Shown here piece by piece: positions 1 through 12,487 of a DNA stretch of 64,000 nucleotides. The first letter of the stretch is position 1. Each line of letters begins with the position of its first letter. A program made the position numbers and the translations under genes. The DNA comes from Vitrella brassicaformis CCMP3155. Lineage: Eukaryota > Protista > Chromerida. The notes beneath the pieces are model-generated. The model did no database searches, had not been told where the DNA came from, and was given only the letters and a program-made list of their open reading frames with translations. The stretch covers positions 124,001-188,000 of the forward strand of contig CDMY01000635.1 of assembly GCA_001179505.1 (NCBI GenBank), given 5' to 3'.

Positions 1-206
1 TGTGAAGGTGGCGTTGTTAATTGCAATGGCCCAACGCTGTCACGTCCCTCACACGTGTCTGTACTGCATGTACACCGACAGACATCTACGAACGCAACAC
101 AATCAAGCAGTGAAAGGATAGGATGCACCATACATACCATGCCCCCAACCCCCCCCACACACAAATGCAGCCAGCACTAATCCACAGCAACCCACCAGCC
201 AGCCCT

Positions 207-988
207 TCACAGATCCGCCAGACCAGACGCCTCACTCCCCTCCTCTCCCTGCCCTCCCCCATCAGCTGCCCTACACAGCTCCAGCAGCCGCGCAATCTTC
301 TCACGCTCGCTCGACGTGAAGAAGCCCTTCAGCCGACGCACACTCGACATCCCTCCGATGACCCTCACGTATTCTGCAATGGCCTTTGCAGTGCTGCCGC
401 CATCATCATCGCCAGGCCTCTCTTGTTGCTCGAGGCGGCCGAGGAAGACAAACAGCAGGTCGGTGAGGAACTGCGAGTCAATGCGGGCGCCCATGGCCGC
501 GGCAAACGTCGATGTGGGAATGCCGAGAATGTACCTGTACACAACAGAACGAGCAGTCAGCCAGCCGACCACAAGGTTTGTTCCATGTCAATGTGCATGC
601 ATTGCATGGCCGTGACGGCTGGCCCAGCCTACTTGAGTTTCTCTTGGTCGCCTCGCATGCGCCTCCAGTCGGTGTCGATGGTCGATGCACTAGCAGATCC
701 TCGCTCCCTCCCAGCGGATGCAGTCGTCAGGGCCGCCCCTCTCGCAGACGCATCCCCACTTTCTCCCCTGGCAGCAGTGGCATCGTTGTGGCAGCGGTTG
801 AATGCGAATTTGGGTGGCGCGTTGATGGCGTCCGGTCCGAGAGGGTTGAGGTGTGCGGTGGCGACGAAGTTTTTGAACTCATCGTAGCTGCGGGCCTGGT
901 AGATGGCCCTCTTCTTCATGTTGTCGGTCCGCTGGTGGTTCTCGTCGCGGCCAACAGCCGCTCTCACCTCTTTCTTCACCCTCTCCAT
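207..988 (-). CDS. CCDC103: Dynein axonemal assembly factor CCDC103/DNAAF19-like (Dynein_attach_N plus RPAP3_C-like); join(207..534,633..988), 227 aa
   Basis: N-terminal DENHQRTDNMKKRAIYQARSYDEFKNFVATAHLNPL matches the CCDC103 pattern ND-K-RA-Q--SY-EF---V---HL-PL. The single GT-AG intron keeps phase (AA|G TAC). An in-frame TAG lies upstream of the ATG. Confidence 0.85.
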
Positions 989-1130
989 CTCTCCTGCTTG
1001 TGCTTCCTCCCTCTAGCGCGCAAGTCTTCAACGGTCAACGGCAAGTTTGAAGCCCTCCACAACTCAGGCTCACTCACTAAAGAGTTCTACCCCGGTCGTG
1101 CTGCCCCTCGCTGCAACAACAACAGACGCA

Positions 1131-3273
1131 ATGGAGACCGCAGACAGGAGTCTCAGAAGCGACAGCGGACGGCCATGCCATCGGCGCCCCAGGCGTCTTT
1201 TCAGCGCTGCAGGGGCTGCCCTTGTCATCATCCAGTGTGCGTGCCACGTGGTGTTTGGCGATGCTTCATATGCAGGCTGGTCCTTCTACGACCTGCTGCA
1301 GATTGACAGGTATGCAAGGGTATGCAAGGGCTTCAGCGGCGGCCCATGTGTTGATTCTGTGCATGTGTGTGCGGTTGCAGGTCGGCCGAGTCGTCACACA
1401 TCAAGAAGCAGTTCCGGCGGCTGTCTCTCGAGTACCACCCGGACCAGTATGATGGCCCGGGCGACTCCACTGCCCTCTTCAGGGACATCAAGGAGGCCTA
1501 TGAGACGCTCAAGGACCCTGCAAAGCGGTCAGTGGTTGCTGCTGTGCTGTGGTGTGCTGCGGTGTGATGTGATGTGGGTGTGTCATGGCTGCAGGCGTCT
1601 GTACGACAGCTACGGGGGCGACCAGGTGATGTACCAGTCGATGGTGGAGTACTTTGAGGAGCTCCAGAGGCACAACGTGGTGGAGCTGTACGCCTACAAA
1701 CCATCAGTGGCCATCCTCTACTCCGGCAACATCGACAACATCGTCGCCAACTCACCGCACATATGGGTTGGGGGGGGGGATGCTTTGAATGAAGGACGTT
1801 TGAACCAAGTCGATGTGGCATGCATGGTGTGCGTGTGTTAACTGCAGCTGGTCACCTTCTACCACTCCAACTGCGGTGGCTGCCGTAGTGCGGTAGGTAT
1901 GCCTGTACGCACCATCAGAGAGCAAAGGGGTTTGGGGGGGAGGCGCCACTTGCTGCATGTGCGTGCGTGTTTGTTTGTGTGTGTGTGTGTGCAGGTGACA
2001 GAGATGGTCAGGGCCGGCGAATTGGCGAACAAGACGGGCAACGTCAGGTGAGGAGGAGGACGAATGTGTCTGTCGCTCTCTGTTGGTTGCTGGCATCCAT
2101 CTGTCCGTCCGAGGTGCTTTCGTTCATTCATTCATGTCGATCATCAGAGTGGGTGCTGTCAACTGCGCCTACAACATGCGGACATGTCACCGGTTCGACA
2201 TCCGGCATTACGGCGAGATCCAGATATTCCCGCCCAACCAGGATCCAAGTGAGTGAAGTGAATATGCACCCACCCCCCCTGCCCTACAGACACCGCCAGA
2301 CGGCTGTATATGCTGTGTGTACCATTCCATTTGTGTGTGTATAGGTTTGGGCGACCATGAGGAGTACAACGGCCCCGTCGTCGCATCACGGGTGAGGCTG
2401 GTGGATGTGATGTCGGTTGGCTGTGTGTATGATTTGTGTGCCTCCCTCTCTATCAGATGTTGTCAGCGGCCGAGCAGCTCGGTGCGAGTGCGGTTGTGCA
2501 GGGGCTGAGCCCACACGCACTCATGCAACGCATACAGATGGCCCCCAGAAGTGAGTGGAGTGACCGATGGATGGGGAGACAGACACTGACGACATACGGA
2601 GGGATGGTGTGCATCTATCTGCGTCTCATTCATCATGTTGGTTGCGTACAGGCACTTCCAGCAAGGCGCCCGTCGTGTCGCTATGGCTGGTAGATTACTA
2701 CAGGCCGGGCTGTCCGCCATGCGAGCAAATCAAATCATGTGCGCAAGAGATGAATGACACAAGCAGAAATCAGAACTACTACTCGTGCTCGTGCCTTCCA
2801 TGATATCTTTGTATCACTGGGCAGCCATCCGAAGGCTCAGTATGGAGCTGCAGGGTGAGTGAGGCAACAATCTTCACACGATGCCTGTGCCTACGCTGGC
2901 CGAGCATGTGTGGTGTTGCTGTCGATGCCCTTCAGGTGTAGCCAAGGTCGCGACGGTAAATTGCGGTGAGGAGCGATGCCACAGCGTGCCGCACTACCCC
3001 TACTTTCAGCTCATTGTCCAAAGGTCAGTCAGCTGGTGTCAGCTCTAATCCGCCCCGCGCCGCTAGATATTGACTTTGGCGTGTGTCTGTCTCGCTTGGC
3101 TCCCCTCCCATAGGGAAGGTCAGGTTCCTGAGAAGCATGTGATCGATTTTGACGTGGATGGCCACCCCGGTGGCCTGGCTCTGAAGGTGGCAGGGATGGT
3201 GTTCAAGCATGTCATTGGTCTCAGGTGGGAGGAGCCGACACGGGCAAAGAGGAGCGACAAGGACGAGCTCTAG
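1131..3273 (+). CDS. ER-resident DnaJ-thioredoxin protein (ERdj5/DNAJC10-like), about 11 exons
   Basis: Hydrophobic leader, J domain with HPD (FYDLLQI...IKKQFRRLSLEYHPDQ...IKEAYETLKDP), Trx-like domains LVTFYHSNCGGC...VGAVNC and WLVDYYRPGCPPC...VATVNC, C-terminal KDEL-stop. All spliced junctions were phase-consistent. Confidence 0.9.
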
Positions 3274-3528
3274 CAGACAGACAGACAGACAGACGCACGT
3301 TCGTATGGTGCAGCCGCGCTGGTTGCTCTGCGTGATACTAGGTCGGTCCGGGGGAACTTTTGGGGGAGGTGCATGAGTCAGCAGCATGACGTTTGTGTAA
3401 AATAGGTCAGGTGTCACGACTGATGTGTGGGGACTGGAAGTGGGAGGGTGCGTCGGGGGAGGCCAGGACTCTTTGGGGAACCGTGTTCATGTCATTAATG
3501 CTACTGCAAGTGCACTGTCATTCTACGG

Positions 3529-5107
3529 ATGTTGGGATCGCTGTCGATCCGCTTTGGCCATGTAGCGCGGAACCTGGCCAGTGAGGTGATGGCCGCAGCC
3601 GCCGCATCGAGCCATCGAACCGACCATCCATCGACCCATCCGTCAGATCCATCCAAGCCGAGGTTCTTTGGGCGGCCCATCCTCCACTGCCACCTCCCGT
3701 GCGCGTTCCTCTCCAAGGCCATCACGGCCGGCCTCATCCACACCCACCAAGTCCTCGCCTTCACCGACGCAGCCAACCTATCGGCAGCAAGTAAGAGAGA
3801 GAAATGAATGGACAGAGCGGACAGACGCCTGGATGGATCTACTGTCCCTCTGTCCAGAGAAGAGTACCCTTGGGAGCCTTGAGGTGGCCACGGCCATCTG
3901 GCGCGAGGCTGACCGGTGGCGGAAGATCCTTGATCGCATCGCTGACGGGCAGGGTGCCGGCCATCCCTCCCTCACACCCAACCCATTCCAGCCACCGCCG
4001 CCCGCCGGCATCAGTATCGGCAACGGCCTGTCGGCGTGTGCAGTGATGCCTGGCAAGACGGCCCTGGCGCTGCTGGACGAGGGGCGGGACAAGACACCCA
4101 TACTCACATTCGTCCAGAAACTCGATGACCTGCTCGGTGGATGGGGTGGGGATGGGCGGCCAGACGATGTGTGTGTGTGTGTGTCTGTGGTGGTCGCTCG
4201 GATGTGTGTGTGTGTGTGTGTGGTTGACATCTGTGTGTGTAGGTGGTGGTGTGTGTCTTGGCGAGGGCCTTCTCGAGATAGTGGGCTGCCCTGGGACGGG
4301 CAAGACGCAAATCGGGTGAGTGAATGCAATGCAGTCACAGCAAGTCAGTTAGTTGGCAGATCAGCAGCAGAGCATTTGTGTGTCTGTACGATCTGTCTGT
4401 GTGTGGTGTGGCATATGTGTGTGTGTGTGTCAGGATGCAGCTGTGTACCAACGTGCAGATCCCCGTGGCCTTCGGGGGGCTGGGCAAACAAGCCGTGTAC
4501 ATCGGTCCGTCAGCTGATACGCCGCACACTCTTTTGATGCTGCCGTCGGGGTGTGTGTGTGTGTGTGCAGACACAGAGGGTTCGTTCATGGTGGAGCGCT
4601 TCTCGCAGATGGGCCGGGCACTGCTCGACCACCTCAACATACTCGCAAGTCGGCCACCAAGACATACACACACACACGGCAGACACGCCCTTTGTGTCTG
4701 GCAATCCATTCCTGCCCTCCTGCAGCGCATCAGCCGCAGTCGGCCTCCCATCGGCAGAGATCGCTCAATGCCCTCGATGACGTGTCGCTCAGATCACTCA
4801 TGGACGGTTAGTCACTTGTAATTACACTACACAGAGAGAGAGAGAGAGGTAAACCCCATGTCAGTGGGTGCGTGTTGTGGTGTGGTGTGTTACCCACCTA
4901 TCTGTCTGGTTGTGTCATGTATTGTATTGTATGTGTGTCAGGAGTGTATTTGATGCGTGTGTTTGACAGCCTGGAGCTGCAGGCCGCCGTGCAGCAGCTC
5001 GGACACTTCCTCACACAACACCCAAAGGTGCGTCCCGTAACCCTCTCCATCCGCCCCTCCCATCGATCCTGTTGGGAAAGAGGCGGTCGGTGGTCCGCTT
5101 GCCTGTG

Positions 5108-5145
<38 letters not shown>

Positions 5146-6168
5146 GTTAGGTGGGTTTGATAGTCATCGACTCGATTAGCTTCCCTTTCCGACATAGCTA
5201 CACAGGTTGGCTTGGGGGGTGGGGCTTAAAGGGGCCCCCGCAGGCAGGCAGGCAGGCAGACATACAGTACAAACACACATTTGATTTCTCTCTGTGCTGT
5301 GCTGTGTGTGTATGTGCTGCGCTGCAGCCAACATGGCGGAGCGTTCCATGACGTTGCGTCAGATGGCCACTCAGCTCGAGACATGCGCCAAGAAACACGA
5401 CCTCGCCGTCAGTCAGACACACCCAACAACACACACAGATCGCCTCAATCCATCCATCCATGTGTGTGTATCTCGATGGTCCCTCCCTCCTCCCCTGCAG
5501 GTAGTTGTGATGAATCAGGTGACGACCAAGCTATCGCAGGAGGGCAACGCTCGACTCGTACCCGCACTCGGTATCTAGACACATCGAGTCGACCTGCCTC
5601 TCCTCTGTGTATGATATGATGTGTGTATGTGTCTGTGCAGGCGACACATGGTCCCACATCCCCACACAGCGCCTCTTCCTCGACTGGTGGGTGAGAGCTG
5701 ATCCATGACACCACACCACATCATACCATACCCAGCACGTGTATACACCTAACATTCCTGCATGTATGCCATGCCTTTGTTGTGTAGGGAGCGGCGTTCT
5801 GCCCGCGGGCAGCTGATGGAGGGCGGCCCCGAGCTGCTGTCGGCGCCCTCGCCCAACGCCACGCTCGAGGACGTGCCGCGGGTGGCCAAGCTACTCAAAT
5901 CCAACAAACGCAGAACCGGCAGAGCGCTGTTTCGGGTGGGTGTGGACACAGACTCTCTCTCCAGTCCATCCATTCATGTGTCGGCGTACGAGTGTGATTT
6001 GATGTGGTGCAGATATGCAATGATGGTGTCCGCGATTTGCCCCTTGCCGAGGACACCCAGATGGAGGATGACACACAAGGGGGGGCCCGGGGGAGCAGGG
6101 GGGCGCTGCCGCAGCAGTCCTTCGTGTCAGAATCCCTCGACCAGATGCCACGGCCATTCCAGAACTGA
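3529..6168 (+). CDS. RAD51C: RAD51 paralog C (multi-exon; start 3529 or 3589)
   Basis: Walker A [41 protein letters not shown]; Walker B LIVIDSISFPFRH; VVMNQVTTK; LVPALGDTWSH; last exon FRICNDGVRD ends at TGA 6166-6168. Confidence 0.93.
5115..5140. repeat. (GT)13 intronic microsatellite, an example of the (CA)n/(GTCT)n/(GGAT)n/(GTGTG)n tracts in most introns
   Basis: Seen directly in a RAD51C intron. Confidence 0.9.
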
Positions 6169-6484
6169 CGCTTTTGTGTACCTATCTGCCCTGTGTGGGG
6201 TTCGGAACACTTGCCCGGTGTGTGTGTTTGTGAAAAATCTGTGTCCATCAGTCAGTCGATTGGGCATTCATTCATTCGTTCATATCCTCAGCCTATGTCT
6301 GATGGCCTAACATCGCTTACACACCTCTGTCCTGTCTAACAAGCCGCTTATACACACACTCTGCACAAGCGCATGGATGGATTGATGGAATTGTCCACTC
6401 ACTGCGATCTCTCTGCCCCTGGCCCCCTCCCGCCAGCGAAACAATCTCAAACAAGCAACAAACGCACACACACACACACCCCTC

Positions 6485-8600
6485 TCACATGACACAGCAA
6501 CACGGCCCCCCTTGTCTCAGGAACTGGCGCATACACCCATCCCTCTGATCTTTCCCTCCCGCGTCCAACGCACGCCTTCGCTCCAGCAGCCGATTCAGCT
6601 CCTTCTCCAGCTCGCGCAGGTGGGCCTCCTCGTCGCTGCCCTCATCCCACCACTGCTCCTGCTCCCTATCGGTCTCACCATCATGGGACGCGCCCGCGTC
6701 ATAGCCCTCATCGTTCGACTCGACACATCCGACGCTTGACTCCTGGTCGCTCGGCAGTGGCTTGGCTGATCGTGGTGGTGGGGGTGTGCGGGGCCGTGGT
6801 AGGGGTAGGGGTGGTGGGGGCAGAAGGGATGGCGAGTGGCTGTAGAAATGGAGTAGCGACGGCTGCGACTTGCCCGCCGGGTATGGGGGGAAGGTGCAAA
6901 GACGTGCCGGGCCGTCTGGCACAGCTGACGGCGCAATAGAGGTTCCCTCTGCTGTGCTGGCGCGGCACAGGGAGGCCTCGCCGCTCCTGTCGTCGGCCTT
7001 GCCGCCTATCATATCTTCTGGCGACTCAGACCTACTGGTCGACGCAACCGAGGACGACCCCGACCCGCTGGAGCTTGAGCTCACGTCGCCCTCTTGGCCC
7101 TTATCAGCCACTCCACTGCTCTCCCCTTCTCCCATCAGTGCGCGCACGAACCGGCTGCTCCGGATAGCACGGCAGAAGTGCAAAATTTCCTCCTGACCCA
7201 TGGTCATGCCAGCATCGTTCGCATCCTCCGTCGATGAGCGGTCCGTGGCGATGGGCAGGCCGGCTTCGATGCGATGGTTGACGAGTGAGAGCCGCTTCGC
7301 CCTTGGATCTTCACTTAGCGGGGCCAGCCTATCCTCGCTTATGGCCGTCAGGATGCTGTGGAGGGAGTGGGTCGATAGAAGGGTGGGCGTGGGCTCGACA
7401 ATGCTGGTGGGCGCCGAGAGCGCCTCGGGCGTGGGGGACGAGGCGAGGCAAACAGATGGGGAGGTTGTGGCCTGGTTGCAAGCAGAGATAAAGAAGTTGT
7501 CGATCAGTCGGTTGTACGGATGCGATGCATATCTGTGCGTGCGTACCATTGATATGCGATGCGCGAGAGCCTCTAGGTGCTTGACGTTCTCTTCGATTGC
7601 CGCAATGTCGCGACAAGGCGGGACGCCTGGATGCAGAGATGGGAACGCCCACGTGTACGTACCCGTTGTCGGTGGCTCCCTCTCGTCCTGCTTTGCTGTG
7701 CGTACACCTACCTGATGTCAGGTCTATTTCGTCCCTGGGGTTCTGTGGCGATGGCTACACGGCGCTGCATGCGCCCAAGGACTCATGCAACGACCTGCAC
7801 AACGGAGGGAGAGATCAGTGCACAACGGATGGAAAGATCAGCAGAGTGATGCAGGCTTCCTCCGTGCACAAACGTACCTCGCACGATTGGTGAGGGTCTC
7901 GTATTCACATGCCAAGATGAGTAGCTCTGCCCCACAGCAAGATCCAAGATCACTCACACAACATCGTGGTGCCAGTGTCCCATTCTGTGTTTTCCATACC
8001 GTCTCTATCAGCCCGTCTGAACCTGCAGGCGGCAAAGCCGTGTCGGGGAAGTCCCAGTTCTCCTCCTGCCGCTCCAGCCGATCCAGCTGCAGCAGCGGGA
8101 TGGCGATGTCGTTCTTGATGACCTCTGGAGGCCTGCCACTCTCCTTCTCGCCATCGTTGTGCCTCTGCCGATCTTCGGCGAAAGGCGAGCACGAAGGTCG
8201 GTGCGGAAACGGTTGATCACCGTGTGCATCACGTGAAGTGTCACGCTGGGTAAGATCTGCAATGAGCAGCGAGATGGTCTGGTGGAGGTGGGTGTACTCA
8301 GACATGTGCTGCAATCAAATCAACACACATACGACAGAACACAACGTATCTTCTTCATGACCATCCCCAGTGAGTGGGCTCTGCACGCCTTACCAGCCAC
8401 ATGGCGCTCTGCGCTTCGCCTCCCTTGTGAAGCAGCTCCTCCAGCTTCTCAACAACACTCCTCAGCGACACATTGCGGTCATTCAGCTCTCTCAGCTTGT
8501 CCTGAGCCTGCCAGACGGCCGATGGCTCAGAAGTGTTGATGTTTTCATGAGCATCACTCTTGTCTGACTCAGCCGCCGCGTTCCCAGCGCCTTCACTCAT
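6485..8600 (-). pseudogene. Five-exon hypothetical gene (N-terminal coiled coil, acidic/Ser-rich tail) interrupted by an in-frame TAG; join(6485..7471,7547..7626,7712..7794,7878..8308,8394..8600)
   Basis: All four GT-AG introns are phase-consistent, but exon 3 reads ...SAV*PSPQ with TAG at 7755-7757. No family recognised. Confidence 0.55.
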
Positions 8601-9063
8601 CCCAATAGCGCCTCCGTTTGTGAGAGCCAGCGATATCGCGAGCACTAATGGGAGCGGAGGGCTATTGGGATGAGTGCAAGTGCAGCAGTCGACCGATGCA
8701 GAAGTAGGACAGCTCACTGCCGCCAGGGACCACCGCCGCACTGCAAATGGCCCATTCACTGCGTCGAGATGTTGTCGAGAATTCGCGCGGTTCGAGACGG
8801 CCCCGATGGGGGCTGGAGTCTTTCTCCGTCTGACTCCGCCTCCAATCTTCGCCCGTGACGTTCCAGCCCCTGTTCGCCAACCACTTCTTCGGCAAGGCCC
8901 AGGTCATCAAGGGGTTCTCGGAGGTCGCGGTGCATATCCCGAGGACATCCTACATCTTCGTAAGCACGAGGCCTGCTCGATGTAGGTGTCTTGGTCGCCT
9001 GCTCGCAATATAGCCTGCTCGCGTGTTGTCCGGTCCTTCCCGCTGTCCTCCTTCCTTGCTGCA

Positions 9064-11200
9064 ATGGAAGCTTCGTATGTGCGTCCCGCCTGGTTCGTCA
9101 AGCTGAACGTCCGCGGCAGCGAGTTTAAACTCGGCAACGCAGCGCTGAGAAAGCACCCCGCCTTTCCTGATCGATGCGGACCCCGCCTTCTTTGGCTACA
9201 TCATTCAGTACTACACCACAGGGCTGCCCATCCACATCAAGGCGGACGTTGAGCCACTCGAACTCAAGGGAGAGTTCGAGTGGCTCGGCATCAGCATCGA
9301 CATCGACAGCCGGGGAAGACACCAGGGAAAACCAGAGGGCATCGGATTCCGCAACGAGTCAAAATTCAATCGCATGTCCTTTACTGCCTTGTCGAGATCA
9401 GGCGTGTCTGTCTGCAGTGGCGGGGGAGGAGGAGAGGCAGATTCAATGGGTCATGGAACTGATAAAACCGAAGACAAGCAACGAGACAAAGGTACATGAG
9501 AAATCTGTATGCGTTCTTCCCGTATCTATGCATTGTCTCTCCTTGAGGTGGCCGTCAGTCGGGAGCTGATCAAGGAGTTGCATCTGGAGCGTGATGTCTC
9601 GCTCCAATGGGACATCAACACCGACCGACAGCCAGACTACATGAATGAAGACGACAAGACGTTATCAAGGTTGATGCGGCATTCTTGGAATGCAAGCCTC
9701 GCCTGTGCCTGACACCAGGGCCTACAGAGCTGCCAGCGCAAGAAACGAGCTTCAATCCCAACGACTGGGCCGAGCTGAAAGCGAAGCTTGAATTCGACGA
9801 GCTGACAGTATATTGTCCTCTTCAGCCATTGTCTTAGTTGGGGATCCATTTGTCTTGTTTTGCTTTGCAGAATCCAGAAGAGCGTCAGGCCGCCAAAGCA
9901 CTCCTTGGATGGAAGTTTGATATGGCGACGAAATGGGTAGGACGATAGCTAAGCCCATCAAATGGGTGTGTAAGATGGTGGGGGTGGTGGCCAAAGGTGA
10001 CGGCGAATGCGCGTCAGACACCATCGTCGTCACAGCAACACAGCTGATCGAAGGCATTCCCCGCCCCCTTCCCGATACGCATCCGCTTGTTCGTCGCGGC
10101 ATCGCCATGCACAGATCTTTGTGCAAAGGCTGGGAGATGATCCACACGAAGTGGGGCACGTTGCTGCTGCTGGAGCCTATCCAGCCACTGCTGCCCGAGA
10201 AGCTGTACGGGATCTCTTCCGTCCACGAGAGCTCAAGTGTACGGAGATTATCAGAAGGACGAAAGTTGTCGATCAAGTGAGTCAGGGAGGACGCATTGTC
10301 TCTATGCGCGTTTGTGCTTGCGTCTCTGCGTCCACCTTATAGATGGAAATCTGAGTTGGACGGAGCTGTTACAACGGTGTGTAAAGGCATCATTCCCGCA
10401 CATCTCGATAGGGTCGTTGCAGCTATCTACGACAAAGAGCAGCGCTGGGCGCCGTTCTGTCACCGTGCTGAGAAGGTAAGCTGAGCAGAAGGGACCCACC
10501 TCAGCATAATTCACCTGACTCTTTCTTTCGCGCACATTTCTGTGTTTGAGTTCAATGCGATCTTCCTCGCGAAACACGGCTGTGCGGCAGCGCTAGAAGA
10601 GCTGCACGGGAGACTGATGCGGCGACAGCATGATGACGGCCGTGACCTGTCCATTGGCAAGAAGACCAGCACCAGCAAGAAGGCCAAGGTTTGTCAACAA
10701 AGGCCACAGGAGCTGTCGATCTGAAGAAAGCCGAAGAGAAAATCTGCCAATACAAACAAGGAAACGTCAGCACACACACCGATACACTGACGCTGAGACA
10801 CCGTTTGTGCCGTGTACCTCAGGCCGAGCTCAAACAGATGAAGTTCAACCAGCTGCAGAGTTCCTCCTCAATGTTCGAATTTTGACCAAGCAGGCACACG
10901 AGACATCGCAAAGGAGCTCACAAGACAGGCGAAGGAACTTCTGGCGGTCTACATCAATAGGATAGTGGGCTCTGGGGCATTGCCGCAGGTGCGGCAGGGG
11001 GGATATCGGCTCTGCCTCCCGCGGCAAGGGAGAGCGCCGCCCTGGCTGTCGGCTGGGTGGTGCAACACGTCATCCAGCGCGAGACGGCAAAGACGGATCA
11101 GCAGCAGGCCCGCCACACAAGCAGCCTTTGCAGACACGGGAGGAGAGGAGGAGTGCTGCAAGCCCACCAACAGAGACACAGAAAGGGGGAAAGTTCGTCT
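9064..11200 (+). pseudogene. Frameshifted, intron-containing BTB/POZ (KCTD/T1-type) gene; 3' limit uncertain
   Basis: VKLNVRGSEFKLGNAALRKHP (9097-9159) is followed after a +1 shift at ~9163 by FLIDADPAFFGYIIQYYTTGLPIHIKADVEPLELKGEFEWLGI. Downstream exon-like blocks have canonical introns (e.g. 10277-10342, 10477-10550) but further frameshifts. Confidence 0.6.
9251..9286. repeat. Perfect inverted repeat: 15-bp stem, 6-nt loop
   Basis: GAGCCACTCGAACTC-AAGGGA-GAGTTCGAGTGGCTC. Confidence 0.95.
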
Positions 11201-12075
11201 CCTTCCGTGTCGTTGTGTGGGGGTGTGTGGTGGGATGGATGGTGTTTTGACCAAGGCAATACGCCATCAGCGGGAAGGGGACAATGGCTGTCTGAATTTT
11301 ATATTTCGGTTGTCAGGTCGTTGCCGTCAGGTGCGTGCCTCCATGACTCGTATGGACCAAGTGAATGAATTGATTGGTTCAGCGTCGTCATCACATGAAG
11401 AAAGACTCTCTCAGCTCCGACCACGAATGAAAGTCTCATGTCATGTATGTGGCGCTGGTGGTCAGTCAGCACGTGGCATCCCCTCAATCGGTCACTTGAA
11501 ACACCACCGACGCATTCATTCTCCTCCCTCAACCCTCCAGCCAGCCCGCCAACTATCAAAACAGCCAGAGGAGGTGCTCTCGTCTATCTCTCTCTTGTCT
11601 TGTGTGCCCCGTGAGTGCCAGCTGTGTCCCTGGTGCAGCCCCCTTACAGCCTCAGGCCGAGACACCGTGACGTGCCTCGGATTGCGGCTCGAAGACGGAC
11701 AAACTAGGCCCACAGCTGCCATCAAAACGCACACGACGACAGCATTCAGTAGCAGAGGGGTCACAGTGGCCGTATGCGATGGGTGCGATTGGACAGAAGC
11801 GGAATGTAGTGTACCACAGCATTCATACAACAGGCAGCCGTGGAGGACATGCAGTCGATGGAGCCACCAGCCCATCAACCCACTCAATCACTTACGCACT
11901 CACTGCATCAGTTCCACTTCACAGAATTGCAGCCAACACTCCAATGACACACGTCCGAACAGAACAACGACACAGCTGGGGGGTAGTCCTAGGGGCAAAA
12001 CTCCTCTACTCTCTCCACAGGCAATGCACACAACGTCACACCAAAAAGTGCTTCATCCACCACATCACTAACACA

Positions 12076-12375
12076 NNNNNNNNNNNNNNNNNNNNNNNNN
12101 NNNNNNNNNNNNNNNNNNNNNNNNNNNNNNNNNNNNNNNNNNNNNNNNNNNNNNNNNNNNNNNNNNNNNNNNNNNNNNNNNNNNNNNNNNNNNNNNNNNN
12201 NNNNNNNNNNNNNNNNNNNNNNNNNNNNNNNNNNNNNNNNNNNNNNNNNNNNNNNNNNNNNNNNNNNNNNNNNNNNNNNNNNNNNNNNNNNNNNNNNNNN
12301 NNNNNNNNNNNNNNNNNNNNNNNNNNNNNNNNNNNNNNNNNNNNNNNNNNNNNNNNNNNNNNNNNNNNNNNNNNN
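12076..12375. other. Assembly gap (300 N)
   Basis: Run of N. Confidence 1.
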
Positions 12376-12487
12376 TTCCAGACACACAACCTCAACCAGC
12401 CTCTCACACGACCGACGCATTCATCGTACATTGATGGGTGAATGAATGGACGGAGGTATGCCTCTCCATCACAGCTGTCTGTCTCTC

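Noticed and set aside
10965-12071. 368-aa plus-strand ORF
   Set aside because: It runs through (CA)n/(GT)n intron-like text and has no domain or coding-like composition.
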